From Bdellovibrionales bacterium (lineage in GTDB: Bacteria > Bdellovibrionota > Bdellovibrionia > Bdellovibrionales > JAGQZY01), in the NCBI GenBank assembly GCA_964230645.1, contig CAXRHT010000002.1, positions 256,001 to 320,000 on the forward strand: a stretch of 64,000 nucleotides of DNA. The letters are read 5' to 3'. The notes beneath the pieces are model-generated. The model had not been told where the DNA came from. It did no database searches and worked only from the letters and a program-made list of their open reading frames with translations. Positions within the stretch are counted from its first letter, which is position 1. The number at the start of each line of letters is the position of its first letter. The translations under genes and the position numbers were made by a program. Positions 57,103 to 64,000 of this stretch are shown piece by piece.

Positions 57103-58553
57103 AGTTCCCCCTCACCCATTTCATGTAAATAAGTGCGATTGGCTAAGAACTGTACTGGATCTCTGAGTAAAAATTCGAGCATAGCAAAATAACTCAAACC
57201 CGCTTCCTTAGGAACATGTGAGCCGAGGAGGTTTTGAAGAAGTGATAACACTCTTCTCTCGGTGGCATCGCTATAGGTTTGCGAGAAAATATCATCGGGC
57301 AAAGAATTGCGTAGTAATATAAATCGGGCCAATAGATCCATTATTGGTCCTTGCTTATCGCCTGAGCCTTGTTGGATTTGAACATAATTTATAATAAGGT
57401 TTTCCATTTCCTGAAAAAACTCATCAATAGTTGAAATACCATAAAGGTCTTGTGGCAGCTTCTTATAGGCAATGTCTAACTGTGATTTGTAAAAATCTCG
57501 GATTTTTTCCTCGTTCCTTAAACCATTGGCATTTCCAAACAAAGGCTGATGAAAACGGAGATTAAAATATTTACTCAAAAAATCAGATCCCTTGATATGA
57601 AAGATATAATAGCGCTTTTCCTTCTTGGTCATGAAAACAGGAAAACCTTGGGCATCTAAAAGGGGATCTATATCTAAAGTGCGCTGATAATAGGGCACTA
57701 ATTTTTCGCTTGAGTAAAAAACGATATCAACATCGTCGTTTTCAATATAATTTTTGCGACCAAAATTAAAAAAGCTTCTCTGATTGTAGTGCAGATCAAG
57801 CAGGTCTGCGGCCTGAGCAAACAAAGTTAACAAAGCTGAGTCCTGCTTGCCAGCAACACTACCAAGTCCCAGTGACCAGGTGTACTGCGACCTGGAAATG
57901 CCTCGGGCTTTTAAGGCCTCATCCAACTGAAAGCCTGGAAAAACCTGTTCAGCGATCTCCTTGGTGTCGCTCTCAGAAAGTTCGGGAACAGTGCGCCTGC
58001 GAGAAAAAGACTTCATAACGGGGGAAGAATCAAAGATTCTGAGGGCTGAGAAAAGAGCTCCTTGAGTGCTGGTGAAGTTTGAGGTCTCATTTTCACGGCG
58101 AGAAAGGTTAAGTTGGGGGAATCGCCCGTCCTCAACACTCTCCACACTGATAATTTTAAGGCGATGGGGAGATAAGCGACGATGCAGAGAAAAAGCTCTA
58201 TCAACCTCTTCGGCCGAATAGAACCCACTTCGCTTCCACTCCATAAGAACGCGAGCCACCACTGTTTCGGAGAGCTCTTTAAAAGAGTCAATGGGCTGCT
58301 CGTTTAACTGCATCCCACGAGCCTGATCGTTACGCCGACCGCCATCCATAGAAAAACTGGCCGTTCTTTGAATACGAATATTAGAACCTGGTCCATTGCT
58401 GGCGAAAACAGACTGACAACGTAACATTTTATGACCAATATTTACGGCACTTTGATTTGATACTGAATCATACACAGAGATAAAATAATCAGTCGCCATA
58501 ACCATGGGACTGGTGACTAGTACCATAAAAAGAAACAAAAATTTGAACCGCAT
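57099..58553 (-). CDS. Secreted CxxVF-motif protein (paralog B)
   Basis: Signal peptide from MRFKF and CQSVF. Shares W..SGxY, LSPxR, RIFDxSP, DxHYN and IKGxDF blocks with paralog A. Confidence 0.65.
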   Translation of the reverse strand: MRFKFLFLFMVLVTSPMVMATDYFISVYDSVSNQSAVNIGHKMLRCQSVFASNGPGSNIRIQRTASFSMDGGRRNDQARGMQLNEQPIDSFKELSETVVARVLMEWKRSGFYSAEEVDRAFSLHRRLSPHRLKIISVESVEDGRFPQLNLSRRENETSNFTSTQGALFSALRIFDSSPVMKSFSRRRTVPELSESDTKEIAEQVFPGFQLDEALKARGISRSQYTWSLGLGSVAGKQDSALLTLFAQAADLLDLHYNQRSFFNFGRKNYIENDDVDIVFYSSEKLVPYYQRTLDIDPLLDAQGFPVFMTKKEKRYYIFHIKGSDFLSKYFNLRFHQPLFGNANGLRNEEKIRDFYKSQLDIAYKKLPQDLYGISTIDEFFQEMENLIINYVQIQQGSGDKQGPIMDLLARFILLRNSLPDDIFSQTYSDATERRVLSLLQNLLGSHVPKEAGLSYFAMLEFLLRDPVQFLANRTYLHEMGEGEL

Positions 58554-58736
58554 TGCTCGGTAGTAGTGCAAACTCAGGGCCACTGCCCAGATTTGCCATT
58601 GGCCTCAACTCTCTTCTCTTTTTAACTGGCAGGTCAGAATTCACGATACCTATTGGTGACTCTTAAGCTTTTGGTACTTTTTTCATTTCTGCCAATAAGA
58701 TCAACGCTCATACCTTCCTTAAGCGGCCTTCCCATG

Positions 58737-59018
58737 TGTCGTCCTGAGGTTGCTTCCCAAATGTCGCCCTGAGGCTATTTCCCAAATGTTGTCCTGAGGC
58801 TACTTCCCAAATGTCGTCCTGAGGCTACTTCCAAAATGTCGCCCTGAGGCTACTTCCCAAATGTCGTCCTGAGGCGAAGCCGAAGGACCTTAGAGCGCTC
58901 GGCAGTTTCTCAGGTGACCACCAGGAGTTCGTTTTCGGAGAGATTTATAAATTGAAATCGTGAGAAGCGTAGGGGGCGAGGTTGTAAAGGTCCTTCGGCT
59001 TCGCCTCAGGACGACATT
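58737..59018. repeat. Five 25-bp tandem repeats running into a perfect 32-bp inverted repeat (REP-like family)
   Basis: Unit TGTCGYCCTGAGGCTACTTCCCAAA x5 with minor variants (58737-58861). Arms at 58860-58891 and 58987-59018 with a 95-bp spacer. Confidence 0.9.
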
Positions 59019-59185
59019 GATTTTTGCTCGGGACAACTCATTTTAACCGAATCTGCTTTCACAACAAATCACCACATGAAAACCAGGAGCTATTAATTCC
59101 TTTTTTGTGCTTTTCTTTTTACAAATAAACTCATTCACCTCACAGCTAAGGTGAATTTAGCAATCTAAACTTAAAAGGAGATATT

Positions 59186-59680
59186 ATGTTTAGAAACAAA
59201 ATCGTTATAATACTACTCGGTGGTCTTTTTAGCCTGCAGTCTATAGCAATGGAAAAGACCGTATTACAAGAGAGTGACGTGAATGTGAGAGTCAATCCTG
59301 AGATGCTTTACTGCCAAGTGAGAGTTGGCGGAGTGGTCTCTAAAGACAACCAAGTCCCCCACTGGGATGAACTCACTTTGATTAGACGAGGGATTCATTT
59401 TCAAACAGCACCCAGTCTCCCCACCCTCGACACTCTGAACACCGCCCATCGTTTAACTCCGCAGGAGTGCGTTGAATTTCGACAAGCTATGCGTGGGTTA
59501 CCGCCGGTTGAAACCATCTACTCTTCTAAAAAAATTAGAAGCCGCAGTCTACAGAGCAATGGTCTTTGTATCGAAGATATGACCTTGGTGGCCCAGGTCG
59601 AAGTTCACGGAGAGGTTTTTAATGGTCAGAAACACCTTTCCAGAAAATCTTTTCAAGCCACAGAATCAAACTGTTTATAG
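59186..59680 (+). CDS. Secreted four-Cys hypothetical protein
   Basis: AAGGAG RBS, signal peptide (SIA-M). Confidence 0.75.
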   Translation: MFRNKIVIILLGGLFSLQSIAMEKTVLQESDVNVRVNPEMLYCQVRVGGVVSKDNQVPHWDELTLIRRGIHFQTAPSLPTLDTLNTAHRLTPQECVEFRQAMRGLPPVETIYSSKKIRSRSLQSNGLCIEDMTLVAQVEVHGEVFNGQKHLSRKSFQATESNCL

Positions 59681-59684
59681 GAGC

Positions 59685-59718
59685 AAAAGGGACACTGGTT
59701 TCAGTGTTCCCTATTTTT
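59685..59718. terminator. Intrinsic terminator between convergent genes
   Basis: AGGGACACTG-GTTT-CAGTGTTCCCT followed by a T-run. Confidence 0.7.
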
Positions 59719-59769
59719 GAAACTCAAGGCCTGCACGATAATCTCGTCAGAGTAGATAGATTTTTACTA

Positions 59770-60156
59770 TTAACTGTTAATGACGATCACGTAAATGATG
59801 TAAATATGAGTGAGGTGATGGACCATTTGGTCTAGTCCCAAAACGTTCCAAAAACCTGAGCGCTTGAGATTATTAAAACGACCAAGGTAGCGAGGACCAG
59901 ATTTGAGTCGGTCCATTAGGAAGTGAACCACGAAGTCGAAGATGGCCAACCACCAAAGACTCGCGTTAAATATCAGACATATTGCTAGGGTTAAACCGGC
60001 GTGGACGAGGCAGTGCATACTCAAGGGAAGCAGGAAGTCCCACTCCGGCCTTGTCTTTCGTAACATATACTCGCGCTGTAAAGGGAAATCGGCCACGAAA
60101 TGTTTAATTTGGTAAATGACCAATAAAAAAAATGTCAGTTCAAGTTGCGGGCTCAT
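59770..60156 (-). CDS. DUF3307 family membrane protein
   Basis: KHFVADFPLQ, H..VH, HFLMDRLK and GLDQMVH. Confidence 0.9.
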   Translation of the reverse strand: MSPQLELTFFLLVIYQIKHFVADFPLQREYMLRKTRPEWDFLLPLSMHCLVHAGLTLAICLIFNASLWWLAIFDFVVHFLMDRLKSGPRYLGRFNNLKRSGFWNVLGLDQMVHHLTHIYIIYVIVINS

Positions 60157-60204
60157 TTCAAAATTCCAGTTGTTTCATCCAAGTTGCCGTTTTTCATTTT
60201 TCAA

Positions 60205-60654
60205 TTAAGAGTCATCTCTTAAGTCGAGATCAAACTCTTTGTTGCCATCAATTTTATATCTCTCATTTTCAAAAACCTCATCAAGTTCTTTACTCATCTT
60301 AGCGTGCTCAATACGAGCTTTTTCCTGTAGCTTCCGCTTGCGCTCTCTATTTTTGATAAACTTGCGATAAGCTTTATAGGGGAAAGAATCCTCAGGGCGA
60401 TCAAAATTTTTACGCGCTCGCTCTCTTTTTTCCGCATAATTCTCGCGAATTTGCTTCTGCTCATCGGCTCGACTCAAACGCCTTTCGTTCCAGCGCTTTT
60501 TGCGTTGCAAATATTTTTCAAAACCTTTTTTTCGCTCACGCAACTTCTCGACGGCCTGCCTTTTTTCTTTTTCAATGGCGCGAGAATCGAGTCCATAGAC
60601 AACGGGCGTAAGAAAGTTAAAGATCATTAAAAAAGTGAGAGTTTTCAATGGCAC
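60205..60654 (-). CDS. Secreted basic coiled-coil hypothetical protein
   Basis: Signal-like N-terminus after GTG/TTG; highly K/R/E-rich helices. Start is uncertain. Confidence 0.6.
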   Translation of the reverse strand: MPLKTLTFLMIFNFLTPVVYGLDSRAIEKEKRQAVEKLRERKKGFEKYLQRKKRWNERRLSRADEQKQIRENYAEKRERARKNFDRPEDSFPYKAYRKFIKNRERKRKLQEKARIEHAKMSKELDEVFENERYKIDGNKEFDLDLRDDS

Positions 60655-60680
60655 TGGTTTTTCCTTTCTTGTCTTAAATC

Positions 60681-60707
60681 TTATCGGCAATTTATTGAAA
60701 AAACTTG
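60681..60707 (-). promoter_or_regulatory. Sigma28 (FliA) promoter
   Basis: Minus strand CAAGTTTT-N11-GCCGATAA, with a perfect -10 consensus. Confidence 0.7.
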
Positions 60708-60773
60708 TGTTTTCCGACAAAGGGCTGGACTTACCCCCATGCTCGGCTTTATAAAAAAGACTTGGAGATAACT

Positions 60774-61781
60774 ATGCTTGAATTTGTCCTGAATATCGCA
60801 GAATTCGCCCTTCAGAGCCTAGTGATTGTGGTGGCTCTACTCATCATCATCGCCTTTATTGCCTCTTTAGTAAGCAAAGGGAAGCAAGACTCGGAACTCA
60901 AAGTTAAAAATTTCAACAAAAAACTTAAGGACCATAGGCTGGCTCTTGAGAAACACACCCTTGATAAAAAGGCCTTTAAAAAGAAACTCAAAGAAAAAAA
61001 GGCCGATAAAAAAATGTCTGGATCCAAAAAGTCTCTTTTTGTTTTGGATTTCAATGGAGATATAAAAGCTTCAGCGGTTGAGCATTTGCGCAGTGAAATC
61101 TCCGCCGTATTAAGTGTTGCTGGGCCCAATGATGAAGTCATGGTGAAAGTGGAAAGCCCGGGTGGAATGGTTCACGGTTATGGGCTTGCTGCCAGTCAGC
61201 TACAAAGGATAAAAGATAAGTCGATTCCCTTAACGATCTGTGTGGACAAAGTGGCTGCAAGCGGTGGTTACATGATGGCCTCAATCGCTGACAAGATTAT
61301 CTCAGCGCCCTTTGCCATCATTGGTTCCATTGGGGTTGTGGCGTCAGTACCCAACGTTCACAAAGTTCTTAAGAAAAATGATGTGGACTATTTAGAAATC
61401 ACAGCCGGTGAGTTCAAACGCACTCTCACTCCACTGGGGGAAATCACCGACCAGAAAATGAATAAATTCAAAGAGCAGATTGAACAAGTTCACGAACTTT
61501 TCAAAAAGCATGTTATCACGCAAAGACCCCAACTCGATCTCTCTAAAGTGGCCACAGGAGAGTACTGGTACGGGGAGCAAGCCAAAGAGCTCCTGCTTGT
61601 CGATGAGATCGGTACGAGTGACGAGTTCATGATGAAACAAGCCGAGGATTTTGAAATTTTAGAGGTGACCTTTTCAGGCAAAAAGTCTCTGAAAGAAAAG
61701 CTTAGTGAGAATATGTCTTATCAGCTTGAGGCCCTGAGTACTAAGGCCGCCTCCCTTATTTGGAAGAGTCAGTACCGCTAA
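60774..61781 (+). CDS. sohB: S49-family protease SohB
   Basis: ESPGGMVHGYGLAASQL, VDKVAASGGYMMA, GSIGV and ATGEYWYG. GGAG RBS before ATG 60774. Confidence 0.95.
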   Translation: MLEFVLNIAEFALQSLVIVVALLIIIAFIASLVSKGKQDSELKVKNFNKKLKDHRLALEKHTLDKKAFKKKLKEKKADKKMSGSKKSLFVLDFNGDIKASAVEHLRSEISAVLSVAGPNDEVMVKVESPGGMVHGYGLAASQLQRIKDKSIPLTICVDKVAASGGYMMASIADKIISAPFAIIGSIGVVASVPNVHKVLKKNDVDYLEITAGEFKRTLTPLGEITDQKMNKFKEQIEQVHELFKKHVITQRPQLDLSKVATGEYWYGEQAKELLLVDEIGTSDEFMMKQAEDFEILEVTFSGKKSLKEKLSENMSYQLEALSTKAASLIWKSQYR

Positions 61782-61935
61782 ACAACAGACTCGTAAGTAT
61801 TAATAAACTCTTAGCTTTCCACCTTTCTCCGTCGAAGGTCCAGATGTTCCCACAGCCTCTTATGAGGCCCTTGCTATCATATTTTAACACACCCATAATC
61901 AAACCATGGCTAAGCTCACCGAGGAACTTTTTTAG

Positions 61936-63081
61936 ATGGAGAAAATCCTCTATGTCTCCCCTTTTTCAAACTTCGGCAGTGCTGAGACTTTTCTCAATCA
62001 AACTTATCGTTACAAGAGCTCCGACTTCGAAAACCACTACCTTCTCTTTCAAACCGGCCCCTTAGGACAACAGCTTGAACAACAGGGAGCCAAAGTTTTT
62101 TATCTCGGAAATGTACCCGATATAAAAAGAGGAAAAGACCGCGCACAGGTTGCAAAAAAAATTAAACAACTCGTCAATGAGCATAACTATAAATTGGTGC
62201 ATTCGACCACAGCCGTAGGAGCTCTCTTCACTGCTCGCACCTGCAAGATGATGGGAGTTTACCATGTTTGGTTTCAACATGGACCGGTGGAAGGCTGGAA
62301 AGATCGTATGGCGGCCATTCTCCCCCATCAAGGACTGATCGTTAATTCTCACTACACAGCGCAAAGACAAAGAGCGCTTGAAAATCCTTTGCGCTTTTTT
62401 ATTCCCAGAAAAATTCCCATTGAAAAGATTTTGATGGGCACCGATACAGTGGATCACTCAAAAGAAGAGATAAAGACTTACCGAGCCCAACTCTCCGACA
62501 CCTACCAATTTCCCGAGACTCATAAAATAATCGCGATGATTTGTCGTATAGAAAAACAAAAAGGCATTCATGTTTTACTCCAAAGTCTCCAGCAACTCAG
62601 CTCTATGAACATGACCGAAGGCTATCAGGTCTTAATCTGGGGAGATCCGCGCGAACAAGACTACCTTGATGATTTAAAGAAACAAATCAAAGATGAGAAC
62701 CTCCCCGTCACTCTCGCGGGCCGATGTGAGTCTCCTTCATTGGCTCTGAGTGCTTCTGATATTGTGGTCAATGCCTCAACCAGCCCAGAGTCCTTTGGGC
62801 TTACAGTGATTGAAGGAATGATGGCAGCCACCGTTCCCGTGGTTCCCAATGAAGGTGGCCCTGTGGAAGTGGTCTCCAATGGCAAAAACGGTATGGTCTT
62901 TCAAGCTCGGGACTCGGTTTCGCTGGCTAAAAATTTAAAGATATTACTGGAAGATAACGATTTTCGCGAAAAACTCTCCCAGCAAGCCCAGGAAACGGCG
63001 ATTAACAAATTCACCGCCGCTCGAGCCATTGGACATTTGGAAAGCTTTCATCAAAGAATTATCGTAAACAAAGGAAAGTAA
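61936..63081 (+). CDS. GT4 family glycosyltransferase
   Basis: GSAE, RIEKQKG and PESFGLTVIEGM..GGPVEVV..NG. Confidence 0.92.
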   Translation: MEKILYVSPFSNFGSAETFLNQTYRYKSSDFENHYLLFQTGPLGQQLEQQGAKVFYLGNVPDIKRGKDRAQVAKKIKQLVNEHNYKLVHSTTAVGALFTARTCKMMGVYHVWFQHGPVEGWKDRMAAILPHQGLIVNSHYTAQRQRALENPLRFFIPRKIPIEKILMGTDTVDHSKEEIKTYRAQLSDTYQFPETHKIIAMICRIEKQKGIHVLLQSLQQLSSMNMTEGYQVLIWGDPREQDYLDDLKKQIKDENLPVTLAGRCESPSLALSASDIVVNASTSPESFGLTVIEGMMAATVPVVPNEGGPVEVVSNGKNGMVFQARDSVSLAKNLKILLEDNDFREKLSQQAQETAINKFTAARAIGHLESFHQRIIVNKGK

Positions 63082-63093
63082 GTCTTTGCCTTT

Positions 63094-64000
63094 TTATTCT
63101 TCAATTTTTCTTAAGCGAAACTCTGGGCCCAGAATTGCCGCACGGACCATATCAATAAGCCGACCCTCATTATCAAGATTATTATAAATGCGGTCTAAGC
63201 GACACCCGTCAGTTTGTGTGTCGACGGGTCGATTGTAGGCGTAATGCATAAACTTTTTAGCAAAACAGGCTCTAACCGCCGTATTTTCTGAGAGCTGTTG
63301 GCTAAGTTCAATGGCGTTAGCAGCCTCGGCACCCGCACCCAGAACATCAGAGAGATCCACCTGTGAATTAACATCGACATAGGCATCCACGGAATTCTGA
63401 GTCTCATTAAAAATAGGCTCCTGATCTATAAAGCGCCCAAAAGCATCGTAGTTGGAAAAACCAAACCCAAGGGGGTTGATTAGATTATGACAGCCCACAC
63501 AAGCCGCTCCTGAAGTTTTAATCCCCACTTTTTCGCGTGTTGATAGTATGTGCGGAGTCTCTACGGCATTGAACTGATCCAGAGCGTCTGCTGGAGGGCT
63601 ACCAAGATCCATACATAAGATATCTTTTCTCAAATGAGCTCCCCTTAAAATGGGATTGGTGAACTCAGACCCGGAGACTAAAAAAGGGCCTCTTGTTAAA
63701 ATTCCACCACGCTCACCGGCCGGAAAACGAACAGCATTACTTTCGGTCACCTGCATGGGGGCGGCCCGGGAAACACCGTAAACATTCATTAAGTTCTGAT
63801 TTCTTGCAAAAGAAACATTACTGGTAAATAGGTCCTCAAAGCTTCCCCGACTGGAAACAGTATAGGCACCTAGCTCTTCAACATCGTTTATCATGGCTCG
63901 TCTTAAAGAGGTGTTAAACTGGATATTAGGTGCTACTAAATTAAAGCGAGGATTCACATTGAAAGTCGGCATTCCCTCTAAATGGAGCCAATTATTAAAA
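63094..64000 (-). CDS. DUF1588/DUF1585 (PSCyt/PSD-type) domain protein, 5'-truncated by window
   Basis: RGGILT, TNPILRG..LC, CVGCH..INPLGFGFSNYDAFGR and CFAKKF. Frame is open to the window end. Confidence 0.85.
   Translation of the reverse strand, partial: FNNWLHLEGMPTFNVNPRFNLVAPNIQFNTSLRRAMINDVEELGAYTVSSRGSFEDLFTSNVSFARNQNLMNVYGVSRAAPMQVTESNAVRFPAGERGGILTRGPFLVSGSEFTNPILRGAHLRKDILCMDLGSPPADALDQFNAVETPHILSTREKVGIKTSGAACVGCHNLINPLGFGFSNYDAFGRFIDQEPIFNETQNSVDAYVDVNSQVDLSDVLGAGAEAANAIELSQQLSENTAVRACFAKKFMHYAYNRPVDTQTDGCRLDRIYNNLDNEGRLIDMVRAAILGPEFRLRKIEE

Noticed and set aside
58737..58875. Possible CRISPR array
   Set aside because: The 25-bp units are contiguous and near-identical with no unique spacers, there are no cas genes, and the units derive from the adjacent palindrome arm.
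61756..61896. 46-aa minus-strand ORF (MGVLKYDSK..NIWTFDGERWK)
   Set aside because: Short, overlaps the end of sohB and has no clear RBS. It could be a remnant but is unsupported.

Overview
About 64 kb of AT-rich bacterial chromosome, most likely from a Bdellovibrionota predator. This is inferred from a FQNC-type lipoprotein, a TIGR02147-like protein, RxPAS motifs, a giant MAT-like trimeric fibre and sigma28-type promoters; no database search was run. Housekeeping and repair genes include a radical SAM/TIGR03915-UdgX cassette, mscL, ppc, ilvE, a FAN1-like VRR-NUC/DEDDh nuclease, corA, mutM and sohB. They are interspersed with many secreted or envelope proteins, a RimK-like glutamate-ligase operon, an OMP-MlaA-MMPL lipid-transport operon and three loci of one REP/REPIN-like palindromic element family. 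No rRNA, tRNA, CRISPR array, transposase, integrase or reverse transcriptase was seen. The best candidate for an undescribed system is a set of four signal-peptide proteins whose only mature-chain cysteine lies in an N-terminal C-x-x-[VI]-F motif. Their cargo differs (RelE/BrnT-like, GNAT-like, unknown), which suggests a shared tethering or sorting tag for prey-delivered effectors. Other highlights are a heme guanidino-N-hydroxylase-like/DUF1989 fusion, a 96-bp mobile palindrome present twice with conserved spacer, a candidate ~70-nt sRNA, a probable ATT start codon and several apparently leaderless genes. Family assignments come from motif recognition by eye and need HMM confirmation.
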